The notes beneath the pieces were generated by a model. It was not told where the DNA came from. It did no database searches and was given only the letters and a program-made list of their open reading frames with translations. Shown piece by piece: positions 1-14,394 of a stretch of 54,143 bases of DNA. How positions within the stretch are numbered: position 1 is the stretch's first letter; every line of letters starts with the position of its first letter. A program made the position numbers and the translations under genes. Source of the stretch: Chlorokybus atmophyticus (lineage: Eukaryota; Plantae; Mesostigma and Chlorokybus algae); contig RHPI01000385.1 of NCBI GenBank assembly GCA_009103225.1, positions 556,480-610,622 of the forward strand, read 5' to 3'.

Positions 1-30
<30 letters not shown>
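1..30. repeat. (AT)15 microsatellite, truncated by window start
   Basis: Pure AT dinucleotide run. Confidence 0.97.
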
Positions 31-32
<2 letters not shown>

Positions 33-1994
33 TACAGACATAGTAAAATGTCTGCTTATAAATATACGGCTCAAGTGTAAAATGGGCATTGACCACTAAG
101 CAATGGCAGCAAAAGTCGATGCCATAGCAGAAGCCATATGCCATTAACATATGTCCCATAGTTATTTACCTGAATCTAGGCCTGCGCAGTGCCATGACAT
201 TTCCATTTCAGCACGCCACGCATTCGGTAATGCGTGTGTCAACTATGCGCATTTATTACTTGTAAAGTATGGCTTGTGTTTATCAGCATACATTGGTGCT
301 GCTGCTAGGCCACTTGTCTCTAATATGATTGCGTCGCATGTGTTAATTACGTTTACACACCGGGTCATTTTACGCTAGCCAGCTGAACTTGATGAATGGC
401 AGTACCCCCCGCTGTCCACTTATCGTTTTCGTGTTGCCCTTAAAATGTATAAACAGCAACTTCAGAAACATAGCAGCACCAGTAGCAACAGAATGAACTC
501 TGTTTTCAACGGTATACGGCGTGCTATACAAAGCATTGTACTCGGTCACAGTGTTGTAGCCCAACGGCAGCTTGCAAGCTTATCGCTTCTGAATTTGTGA
601 CAATGTTTATCAGCCCACGTTTAAGTGCCATAGAAATTGCAGATATTGATGCAATAGCACGAGGTCTGAACCAAGTACTATGCTGCAATAGCACACGCAG
701 AGCAGGATCCAATATCAATGACAAGCTTCAGTCATATGTAAAGACGTGACCAAGCTACGGAGTGACAAACCTCTCGTACCACAGCTACTAATAAGCGCGC
801 ACCTTCAATACATGATAATTTCTTGCTAAGATGTGTGCTTTATGACTTTCGCTGTGCAGTTAAACACTACTCTGCCAAACGTGAGCTTACATAACATACA
901 AGAGTTGCAGTCAAGCAAGCTATAGGAGTGGTCACAATGTACGTGCAACAAGCACATATGGCCAACAAGCATAGACTCTTTGTATTGGATACAAATAACT
1001 GCAGTGGGACATACTGCCAATGTATGACAAGACCACTTACGAGCTGGGCTCGTGATTATGAATGTGTATCCGCACTCACATGAAGACCAAAAGTTAGTTT
1101 GGGGACATAAGACTAGATGAGAGGGACTTACAAGCAGCTTGGGGCTTGAAAATTGGCGAGGTAAAGTTAGACAATAACATGCTAATAGAAATTCCTTTTT
1201 ATAATGATACCACTACCATGCTTATTTTGCCGCCCCGCGTGTTTTCCCTCATTTGCCTATACAATATCGCAGAAAAACAATGCATACTGCAGGGAAAGTT
1301 ATCGGTCCACTATCTACCAGTTGATTTTCATGTGCTCGTGGCAATGCAATGACTTGTGGCAAATCAGCAAATTAGCAGCTGTAGATGAAAACTGACACGC
1401 AATAACAATGACGTTCTTGCCTTTTGTAAAACGTCGAGGTTGCAACTGATGGAGCGCTTTAAAAATGTGGGCGCGTAGCGCCTTTGCTGGGCTGCAACTC
1501 CTGTGGCTTGCTGTACTGCAAGAAATTGAGCGTATGATACAAGTTGCGTGTGTTGTACAGTACAACACAAGTACAACTTGTACTTCAACAGCATGTACAA
1601 CATGTTGCACACCTATAAGGCTGGCTAAAGTCATTATCTGTTTCTTATTTATGTAGGTAAGATGAGACCGGGTGCGTTTTCCATGTCATAAGCATGTGTA
1701 GTGCTTGTGGGGTGGCTCTCACGTGGTCTGCTCTTGAGCCTATGAGGCCTTGAGTGAGATAAACTACACAAGGTATTGCATATCAGCAAGCACACAGAGC
1801 TGGTCGGTACTATTAAGACATGGCCATGTGAGCCATGTGTCCGCATGTGTGTGCATATGTTTGCATGTGCATATGTCCGCATATGAGTGCATACATGAGG
1901 ATATAAGGTACGTACTGGATGTATGCATGCATGCGCATATGCGTACATATGCGCGCATATGTATGCATAGGGATGCATATGTATGCATGTGTAT

Positions 1995-2114
1995 GATGTC
2001 CTAGGCTGATATGACCAGCTAAGGACGTTCACATTGCCCAAGGGTGATGTTTGTGATGTCCAAGGCTGATGTGACCAGCTAAGGACGTTCACAATGTCCG
2101 AGGCTGATGTGTGA
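1995..2114 (+). repeat. 60-bp tandem duplication
   Basis: gatgtcc(t/a)aggctgat(a/g)tgaccagctaaggacgttcaca starts at 1995 and again at 2055. Confidence 0.9.
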
Positions 2115-2466
2115 TCAGTTTTGGACATTAAACAAGAGGTCCAAGGGCTGATGTGGCAGCCCTAGACTTGAGTTGTGGTCAATGCAGCCATGACAATGCA
2201 AGTAGCCTTGGACTTGGATGTTCTAGGTCGGAGAGCAGCAAAGAGGGGGTATATGAACGGCCTCAAAAAGTGTTGAAGGGGGCTCAGCATGTGCATACTC
2301 GACTCTTGTGTGTGGGGTGCCTAGTTTAGTTGTTTAAGGGGCTCTCCCTCTCATCCCATGTGGGGTGTGATGCTTGTGGCAGCTCTGCACATGTGTGTGG
2401 GGTGTGCTTGAGTGTGCATGTGTGTGGGAGCTGAGTAGAGAGGTTGGTGGCATCCTCTCCTTCCTT

Positions 2467-2507
2467 GGTGCAATACCTTGAAGACTTCCCCTTCAAGGTA
2501 TTGCACC
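2467..2507. repeat. Perfect 17-bp inverted repeat, 7-nt loop
   Basis: ggtgcaataccttgaag-acttccc-cttcaaggtattgcacc. Confidence 0.95.
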
Positions 2508-3200
2508 GTGTGTTGCTGGTCGGGCTTCCGGAAGTAAGTCCTTGTGCTTGTGCATGAGTTTGCCAAGCCGTACAGCAAGTAAGTGAGTGGTATCGTTACA
2601 CATGTCAAACAGTAATAGCTTAGTAAGCATGCATTGCTGCAAGTAAAGCAACCACCTTTTGAAACCCCTAAAGCATGTGTGCGAGGGTGCAGAGCGTGTT
2701 GACGCTGCTTGTACCCTGCCATGTCTGCCATCTGCACTTTGCGAGGGCGCAAAACAAGTGGCCTTTGTGCGCTTGCAATAACAATATGCATATTACATAC
2801 TAAACATTGGGTAATCTGGGACTGCAAAGATGTTGTCACGCTTCAAGTACAACATTACTATCTCTTACTTGCAACACTACACCTTGTCAACTACATTATG
2901 TTCCTTACTTTGCTAGTAATTTACAAACAAGTATTGCTTGCCTCTAAGCGACGACCGCCAACATTGCTTTGTGTAAGGGAACAGTGGCTGTAAAAATGCG
3001 CCCCACTAGGATGTTAAGTGTGTTAACGACTGCATGCAAGCAAAGAATCATGTCAACGGCTATGCTGGCTCACAGATCTTGTTACACTACATCACGGGTA
3101 TTTCGTTGGCCAACGACTATACCTCAGCTGGTAGTTCTACTTTGGCATAACTCGTCGCAATACAATAGAAGCACACCACCTTGCCACTGCTAGATTCGTC

Positions 3201-3392
3201 TGACTGTGCACAGCAAGCAGAGCATCATGCATTGCGCATGCATCCGTCGATAGCTATAGGTACCACAATCTCGGGCTGCACCAACACACAACAAACAACC
3301 CCATGACTGTGCACAGCAAGCAAGGCATCATGCATCGCGCATGCTTCCATTGATAGGTACCACAATCTCGGGCTGCACCAACACACAAACAG
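3201..3392 (+). repeat. ~103-bp tandem duplication
   Basis: tgactgtgcacagcaagca...ataggtaccacaatctcgggctgcaccaacacaca starts at 3201 and 3304. Confidence 0.9.
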
Positions 3393-3610
3393 CCCAATCT
3401 CATCAATTACAGCCATGGTCGCCCAATCGCAGCCAACATAGTCTATTGTAATGCTCTAATCTGCTTCTGTAAGACATTGCATAATACTGCTTTCGCAAGG
3501 TGCAAAATGGGAACACTGTGCACCGAACATGGCCAACTCAGACAGCACCCATGGGGCACATATGTGTACTCACTGCTACGGGCCTGACTTCCATACACGT
3601 GTGCCCACAG

Positions 3611-4536
3611 TCAAATGCAGGCCAGCACCTTCCATGCCGACCTCCGCCTGGCTGCGTCTTCTTCATAGTGCGCCCGCTCACTGAGCACGAGCTTGATGCG
3701 CGCCATTGACTTCTTCACCTGTGCAGAAAGGGCGAGAAAGCGAACAGCGGGTGAGGGAGACACGCACAGCGCTACAGCAAACACACTGCACCAGCAAGGC
3801 TGTGCAAACGCGCGGTGTGTGCAAGGCACCGCACGCACGCGCTGCCAAACTGCCAATGGCATGGCGAGCCAGCCTTCATGCCTGTGTCAATGCATATGTA
3901 CGCCTACAATGTGGCGGTGCTCGTCATATGCTGCAGATTGTGTTACAAGAGGCTAGAAAATGCGCATGCCTGTACATGTGGTCCCGCTCCCTCAACGAAT
4001 ACAAAAACGCAGCATCAATGCAGGCGTGTCGCAGCAGACAAATATAAGACACATACACACACGTGACTTTACATTGCATGCCGGCTCAAGAGGGCACGAG
4101 CACGGGCATCACACAATGAGTCACTCGGAGGGAAACGAACGTATGCATGAAGGAATACTTCAATAGAGTGCAGGAATGCATGAATGAGTGAGAAGCAGAC
4201 TGAGTGAGTGGGCACCTTCATGACGCGGGAGGGGTCGTGCATGGGTCTGCGCTGTGAGCGGGAGGCGGCGCGTTCGGTCTCCAGGACATTGCGCTCCTTG
4301 GCCAGCACCCACCAGAGCTTGTGCAGGTCCGTGTCGCCCTTCAGCCTCAGCTCCGCAGCCTTCCACGACCGCCCGACTGCCGGCGGCGGCGGAGAAGGTG
4401 AGGCGTCCTTGCCCTTGCCCTGCTGCGGCCTGGCTCCCGGCGGAGGGAAGAACTCCTCAAGGCCGCGCACGCTCGCAGCGACGGAACGCGCGGCGCCCTC
4501 CCGCAGCCGCAGCCTACCCACCGCCGCCCTCAGCAT
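3611..4536 (-). CDS. MRPL47: Mitochondrial ribosomal protein uL29m (L47); exons 4536-4216, 3718-3611
   Basis: Arg-rich presequence, then GRSWKAAELRLKGDTDLHKLWWVLAKERNVLETE...RVMK|VKKSMARIKLVLSER. One GT-AG intron joins in frame. Confidence 0.9.
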
Positions 4537-5159
4537 CGGCGCCCCTCACCACGCCGACCTGCCGCCACGGCCGCCGCCACCGCCGCCGCCGCCCAGTCCA
4601 GCAGCAGCAGCAGGTCCAGGTAAGGAATGATGAAGTCTTACTGCAAGTGTAGTGCGCGCATGTTGGCAAGTAGAGGGGGGTATGATACCCCCCTCTATTG
4701 TCACCACAGCAGTGAGACTAGAGCTGCCGTTAAAGGCTGGCTGCTGGCTGCTCTTGTGTGCAATGCTCTTGGTCTCTGCTTCGCGTGCAGTAACCCTGGT
4801 GAAAGTGTTGTCCAGGTAGTGTGGCCATCGTGCTGAATGCCAATGCTGTTGCTGTTGGAGCGCAGGAGCGAACGAGTGCGTACTAGTCTGTGCAGTTCCA
4901 CCTCCCGTGTAGCATGCACAAGTAGCATTTATCATATATGAGACATTGTGACTTCCAAACAATACCACAAACCATACTGCTCGCAGCATGGCAACTGCCC
5001 AAATGCCCGAAGCTACAAAGTGAATGCCCAATCGATGTGTTGGCACGTGCGCAGTGCATGCGCTCCTGCAACGCAGATCACCAAACCAACCTCAACCACA
5101 CACACGAAAGGCAGCCGCCAACTAGCCTTGCACGAAGTAATATGTTAATCCACTACACA

Positions 5160-7206
5160 TCACTTCTTCCCACTAGAGGTAACATTGAACTTGAACAAAA
5201 TGATGTCGCCGTCGCCAACAATGTACTCCTTGCCCTGTTGCCGATACTTGCCGGCTGCTTTAACGGCCGGTTCGCTCCCTTCTGCAACAATGTCTTCATA
5301 CTTCATGACCTCCGCGCAGATGAAACCCCTCTCAAAGTCGCTGTGGATGGTGCCCGCAGCACCCGGCGCCTTAGTGTTCTTCTTGATGGTCCAGCACTTG
5401 ACTTCATCGGCACCCGCCGTGAAGAAGTGTATCAAGTGGATGCCGGAGTAGCCTGCTTTGATGATCTTCGGCAGCGCGCTTTGCACCTCGTTTTCTGTGC
5501 AATACCTGTGAACGCACACGGATCAGACAGGCAAGCGTTAATCAAGTCCACGTGCGTATTCTGAACAGACAGTCTCCTCACTTCTTCTGCTCGTCTTCCG
5601 GCATGTCCGCAAGTTTGCTTTCAAGAGCGCCAGAAAATGGTATGATCATGTCTCCTGGGCTGTTCTCCTGTTTGCGCATGCGAGCGCGTCAGCTGCCCAT
5701 AGTAGCACAACCATGCAGTGCATACTCCACCAACAAGTAACGAGCCTCAGCCAGGTTACCTGTATCCATCCCGCGATCTTGGCCAACCACTTGTTCTTTT
5801 TCCGCTTGTAATCCGGCTCGCTAAGGTTGATGAGGTATATGACGGGCTTTGACGTGATCAGCTGCACCGTGTTGATGACTTCAATTTCTGCTGCTTTCCA
5901 GTCGCCAGCACGGACATCCTTACCCGACTTCAACCTGCCAACTTGCTCAGCAACATGACAATCAAACAAGATGCAACATCGCCTTGCACTCAAAGTGTTA
6001 ATCGCAATCGCAACGCAACGAGCACGAATACCATTCAAGTACTTTCTGGCATACTTCATCCTCCAGCTTGGCCTGCTTATCCAAGCCGCGTCGGATCACC
6101 TTGTTCAACGCTTCAAGGTGCTTCTCTAACATGTCCACATCCTGTACAGTTGGCCACCAGGCAGTCAGGGAAGGGCAACAGTGAAACCTCTCATGCACAT
6201 GCTGCTAACCAGCACGCAAGCACAAGCACGCTTCCACCTTCAACCGCAGCTCCTGAGTGATGATGTCCAGGTCTCGGACGGGATCGATGGTGTCTTCAAC
6301 ATGGATGACATCGGTGTCGTCAAAGGCCCTCAACACATGAAAAATGCCGTCTACAGCGCGTATGTGGCTCAAGAATGCGTTTCCCAGACCCTCCCCAGAA
6401 CTAGCCCCTCGCACCAACCCAGCAATATCTACAACCTCCAAAAACGCAGGCACCTCGCTCTTTGGCTTGTACTGTTGACACAGCCAGTCGAATCTGCAAC
6501 CAGGCGTCACAATCAGCTGTTGTCGGCGGTTAGTTTCAACGAATGTATATGAGCATGCCAGTTTTGAAAACACGCGATAAGACTGCTTGCATCACAAGCA
6601 TGTACGTACCTCTCATCAGGTACGTTGACTCGCGCATTGTGCGGGTCGATTGTGCAAAAGGGGAAGTTTTCAGCGGGTACACTCAACTTGGTCAATGTGT
6701 TGAATAACGTGCTCTTGCCTACGTTCGGCAGCCCAACAATACCAACCTGCCGTTTCACACACAAGACGCATTCAGCATGCGTGACATTCCTACACTGTCA
6801 GTTACTTCCTACGAACATGCAGTACACCCAATCTCATCAGCGCTTTACGCTGTGCGCTGCAACATAGAATGTCACGACAAGCTCTGCCCAAGCGATGGAA
6901 GTCCGCTACTGGATTCGTAGCAACATTGCAAGCCCAATCGGGAGTACAACAGGAGGCGCAGAAGCTGTGTGGTAAAGGCTAAACTTCGTGCTGCTATCAC
7001 AACAAGCGACACTGTGTCGACAGGCATAGAACGCGTATGCAGTGACCACGATCGTGTCGCTAACTGCATGAGCTTCCATGCAAAGAAATCGCTACTGCGT
7101 ATTCACCTTCAGCAGCTGCAGGCTGCATGCGCACCTTCAAGTGACCGCTGTACCGACCGAGAAGGGGCTTCTCTGCAGGCGCTTCTTTCTTGGCCTTTGG
7201 AGGCAT
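5160..7206 (-). CDS. OLA1: Obg-like ATPase 1 (YchF family); exons 7206-7135, 6746-6610, 6493-6238, 6141-6032, 5934-5760, 5667-5582, 5505-5160
   Basis: MPPKAKK start, [52 protein letters not shown] region [14 protein letters not shown]...[14 protein letters not shown]...GDIILFKFN. All introns GT-AG and frame-consistent. Confidence 0.97.
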
Positions 7207-7316
7207 CGCTGCTGCCCCAACAACACCCACCCACCGCAGACCACCAGCAGCCCCCCACCTCCGCCTCCTCCTGCTCCTCCTCCTCCGTCGCCGCCACCAC
7301 CTGGGTTAGTCTGCGC

Positions 7317-7326
7317 TTTAGGGTTT
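7317..7326 (-). promoter_or_regulatory. Telo-box (AAACCCTAAA) ~110 bp upstream of OLA1 ATG
   Basis: tttagggttt on +. Telo-boxes are established in promoters of plant translation-related genes; function here is inferred. Confidence 0.45.
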
Positions 7327-7442
7327 CGGTAGTATTCCAACCCGGTTCACTGCACCCTCAAGTCGATCCGGCTCATAAGCCCGCTGCCGTCGACCCGGAT
7401 CCTCAATTTGGCGCCAAGTGAGCGCCGCGCCTCCGAACGCCG

Positions 7443-7767
7443 AGAAGCTTCCATTCACGGTTAACCTTCGCCGGCAGTTGGGGAACGGAGAGGCGCACTG
7501 CGTAACGTAACGGCAGGCCGCGGGAGCATGGTGTCGCACACTGTGCTTACACAGCCGCCGGGCGCACCCGGGCGCTCAGTTGCGCCACCCAACCCCGTAT
7601 CTGCATCTAGAAGAGGCTGCCTGACCCCTGGGGTTAGACGCCAATATAATCAGTGCTCTCTGAAGTCCCTGCCTACAGCGTGTGCTCGAGGTGTTGGGTA
7701 GGACACCAGCTAAGCGCAGGGAACTAACTGACTTGTCCGACCGTTCGCGGTTGGGAGTTTCGCGAAG
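7443..7767. promoter_or_regulatory. Candidate two-unit heat-shock elements upstream of HSP90 (7443-7452 aGAAgcTTCc; 7758-7767 tTTCgcGAAg)
   Basis: Inverted nGAAn pairs. Only two units each, weaker than a canonical three-unit HSE. Confidence 0.3.
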
Positions 7768-7925
7768 GCACTGACGAAGAAAACAAAGTGGGCAGCTGCA
7801 CAGCAGAAGGGCACAGAGCAGTGGCGGCGGCGTTGCTGGTAGCGGCGGTGATTGTTGTGGCGGCGGCGATTCGCGTGCAAGTATCTCGCTTGCGGTTTGG
7901 GTAGCGCTTTCACTTCAAGAGTTGA

Positions 7926-10695
<2,770 letters not shown>

Positions 10696-13070
10696 GCACT
10701 TGTCCATTGACCTAGCTTGTTAATATGTAGCTGGTAGTTGATGTAACCAGTACATTTCGCTGGCAGCTAGCGCTGCTGCCTTACTCCATTGTAATGCACA
10801 CCTTAGTGCATCGCGGATTTTTGCCACCATTACCTACCTCTCACTGCACCACTGGTTGCTGTTCTTGGGCTTGCTTGCCTTAAAACCTGCTCTGTGACCA
10901 GAACCTCATTGCACCCATGCCCATGCTATTTTTGCAGGTGACAAATACATTTCGGTTTGCCGTGTAATTTTGGCTTAGCCATTGGCATCCATCCTGTGTA
11001 GGGTGACAGAACATGCTGGTGACCATTTGCGCTGAGCATTGTGGTGGTGATGGGTGGGTGCCATGAATAAACATCTGTCACACTTGAGCATTGCTTGCAT
11101 CTTGCGCAACATTGCACGCGTTTTGTGATCATTGTGTTAGGTCCATCGCAGCAAACATCCTGTTGATTACGCCTCTGTACATTCAGTCAACCGAAGCTTT
11201 GTCTCAATTTGTGCGATGGTTTGGCTGTACGGTTGTGGTGGTGGTACATACACTAAAGGTGTGCCTGCATTTCCCCCAGTCCTGAGAGATGCAATGTCTC
11301 CAGCAACTCGCACAAAGCAATTTTTGCAGTGTGTGAACTATGCCAGTGGAAAGGGAGGTACGTCTTGCCAGCCTTACATCGAATGTTAAAGGCTGGGGCC
11401 TCATTGTCCTGCCATTGACACCACATCCAACGGTGTCCATCAAGCCCTCTGCTGCGATCCATCAGTGTCTGCCTGGTTGCGCTGCATGAGCTACTCACGC
11501 GCTTGCGAACCAATTGTTCTTATACTGTGCAATGCAAGACACAGTAAAGTTGCATAATGCCTGCTGATGGCAGGACAAACTTGCCACCTACAGCTGTGAC
11601 CAGCTGTCACGTCGTGCGTGCAAACGGCAGCCACAGACCCATACACCTGCACGCTCGGATTATGCGGGCGGCGCGTGCATACAAGATGCACGCCTTTCTC
11701 TTGGCAGGTGCAGCACACGTGGTTGTGGCTCGAGAGGCACTTCTATCACAAACAAAGGCATATACAAAGCTCAGTCTAGGTGTCCATAGCTGGAGAGGCG
11801 CTCAACCACTGTACCACTGTCCGTGTTCTGCCTCTGTTGCTGTCTGGGAGGTATGGATCTTCGCGTTGATGCGCTCATTTGCGTGGTGGCGTATCATGCA
11901 ACCAGCGTTCACCACCACCCGTGCGTGCAGCACCCGATACCTATGCATGCATGAAAAGTCTCCTACTCACACACGGTCGCGTGCAAGCACAGTCTCGTGC
12001 TCGACTACACTGTTTCTCAAGTTGCTACATCTACATCCAAGCTCCATACCTAAGTGGTCATGTGGCAACTTCATCGCACCTCAAGGGTGCTCTGCAGGAA
12101 TGTGTGGTTTACGCCCTGTAGAGGCACTTGGTCTGGCAATGCACTTGGTTCTCACTGTGCAGCATACATGCGCTCTGATATTGGCGGCGCGTGAGGCGCG
12201 ATGTGTACACAAAGCGCAGGACACAATTGTGATGGGCGCGATATGTGTGGCGTGTGTAATGGGTGTGTACAGCAGGCCAAGTGACTACTGTAATGGGTGT
12301 GCGCGTCGCGGCGTGTGTACAAGGAATACAATGAGGGAATGTGCGCGCACATGCATGCGGAGTTGCACATCGCGTTGTATATACAGCGCGCTATGCACAC
12401 CTTATCCCCGTACATATCTGCATAGGCCCTGTAGGATCTGCCCCTGCGAACATGCGTGTTGTGCGGCCACCGGTGTAGACACTGCGTCACAAGCATCGGT
12501 CCAAATGCGGCAAGTAAACTTTGCCTCGTTCATGCCACCAACATACAACCACAAGCCCATACTCTGCAATATCACCATCAGCAGCATCAGCATCACAGCC
12601 GTTGCGTCCTAGTTCTCTGCCGTTGCTTGTTACACCCTTACTGCATCTGTCGTCAAGATTTCACACACTGCCTATGCACACAAGCGTTGGCTGTAAGAGG
12701 ATATGGCGTGTCACGCATGCATGTATACCACCTGTTACCCTCTCCTTCAGCTCAACACTCAGCACAGCACAGATGTCCAAGTTATATGACGTAAAGTACA
12801 CTTGCACCCGGCATTAATTGTGTGTGAGAGGGTCTTGCTACTACTACAGGCATGCGCATTGTGCAGAGCTATAAGAGCAACGTCTCTTTTTGTTGATGGG
12901 TTGGTTGCAAGTAACACGGCAGCAGAAACTAGAAGGGGGACATTCCCAAACAAGAGCAGCTGTCAGTTCCATCTGTGATGCTGAGTCAGGTTGTGCACAG
13001 GCCGCCAGAGGAAGAGGAAAGTATTGCTGCCTAGGTAGGAGTTCTTTCCCCGCTGTTCAGTAACAGTAGT

Positions 13071-14394
13071 TCAGCCATCTTCTTGCGATGCAAAGTGTGT
13101 TCCGTACTCGTTGATGTTGGTGGGTTTTTTTTGCGCCGCAGGGTGAATGTTGTTGGGCAACACAGGTTTCACTGGGCTCGCGCGAGCTGTGATGGAAGGC
13201 TTAATTTCGCCGCTCTCTGCGCAATCTCCCCGCTCGGTGTGTAGCCATGGACCCCGTCGGATGTGAGTGCTCTGCTGTGTCTCTGCATCATCGCTGGACT
13301 GTTCCACCAGGTGATCTGAGCGGTCATGTGCACGCAGTCGACGCCATGAGGGACTCGTACTAGACAGAGTGACATACTCTTCATAAGCGTGGTACTGGGA
13401 TGATTGCTTGTCTGGCTTTTTGCAGCTGAGCGCATCAGCTCGCGTACAAGATCAGGACGGTCGAGATCTGCTTCTTCACCATGAGTTGGACACTTGCAGG
13501 TCAGCTGGCGCAGACCATTGTACTGGATGTTGTCGATCTCAGAACTTGTTGGTCCTTGGTCAAGTGGTGCCACCAAGCCACCATCAACTATCCCGCGAGG
13601 CGAATGCGCAGTGGTAGGGGACCATCGTATAGGGCACAGCAGCGAATCAGGCATGCAAGCTTCAAGCAAGTTGCGAAGGGAACTTGCAGTGTAGCTGGCG
13701 CAGTGCAGCGCTGTGCTCAATAGAGTCAATCTCAGAAGCTGTGGTCCCTTGGTCAGATGGTGCCACCACGTAATCCTCAACTCTCACGCGCGGCGAATGC
13801 GCTTTCAATGAAAGAAGACCATTGCATAGGGGACAGCAGCTCTTCAGGCATGTAAGCTTGCGTGGGGAACATACACTTCAGCTGGTGCAGCACGTTGATG
13901 TTGTCGACCTCAGGAACTGTTGTCCCTTGGTGGGCAAGTGGTGCCACCAAGTAATTATCAGGATGCTCAAGATCTGCTTCGACGCCACGGGTCGGGAACA
14001 TGCAGTTCAGGTGGCGCATCGCACGGTGGTCAGTGTTGTCAACCTTTGGAATTGTTGTCCCTTGGTCAAGTGGTGCCACCATACCATTGTCAGGATGGTC
14101 GAGATCTGCTTCAACCCCGCGGAACGGGAACATGCAGTTCAGCTGGCTCAGCGCATTGTGCTTGATGTCGCCAATATCAGGAGGTATTGTCCCTTCAACC
14201 AGCAAGTCACCGTCAACTCTCACACGCGGCGAATGCTCGCCGCGTGTGAGAGTTGACGGAGACCATTGCATAGGGGACAGTAGCGCTTCATGCGTGTAAG
14301 CTTGCATGTGGTCCTCTAAACTGTCGCCAAACTGTCTTGCGGTTGCATGTAGCCCATGGCCAATCGAGCCCGAGCTTCTGCTAGACAATGTCAA
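13071..14394 (-). pseudogene. Decayed repeat-domain ORF of unknown family (five VAPLDQGTT..E[IV]DNI...LRQL.C.FP cores)
   Basis: Open 14394-13777, then frameshifts (+4 near 13805, +10 near 13665, another near 13410). Differences between cores are synonymous or 3n indels in the minus frame. Confidence 0.6.
14210..14259. repeat. Perfect 23-bp inverted repeat, 4-nt loop
   Basis: ccgtcaactctcacacgcggcga-atgc-tcgccgcgtgtgagagttgacgg. Confidence 0.95.

Larger units (their letters stand above)
1600..2560 (+). repeat. Old dispersed repeat, copy 1 (homologous to ~38110-38930)
   Basis: Colinear shared blocks with the 38.1-38.9 kb region, e.g. gagttgtggtcaatgcag, tctaggtcggagagcagcaaaga, gcatgtgcatactYgactcttgtgt, gtggggtgtgcttg. 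Boundaries approximate. Confidence 0.75.

Noticed and set aside
30-1600. Possible decayed spliced transposase next to the AT tract
   Set aside because: Splice-like signals and short open stretches exist, but there is no recognisable motif or consistent frame.
11557-12612. 351-aa ORF downstream of HSP90
   Set aside because: C/H/A/M-rich translation of tgca/gtgt-rich non-coding DNA, with no codon bias or motif.
14126-14205. EGTIPPDIGDI as a plant leucine-rich repeat
   Set aside because: No LxxLxLxxN pattern, and the four homologous cores do not resemble LRRs.
13822-14256. Plus-strand 144-aa ORF as the true product of the array
   Set aside because: Changes that are synonymous on the minus strand are non-synonymous here, so it is an antisense shadow.
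13400-14300. Repeat-spacer-like array as a CRISPR
   Set aside because: Eukaryotic context, units of 85-190 bp, the spacers are themselves repeated, variation is codon-structured, and there are no cas genes.
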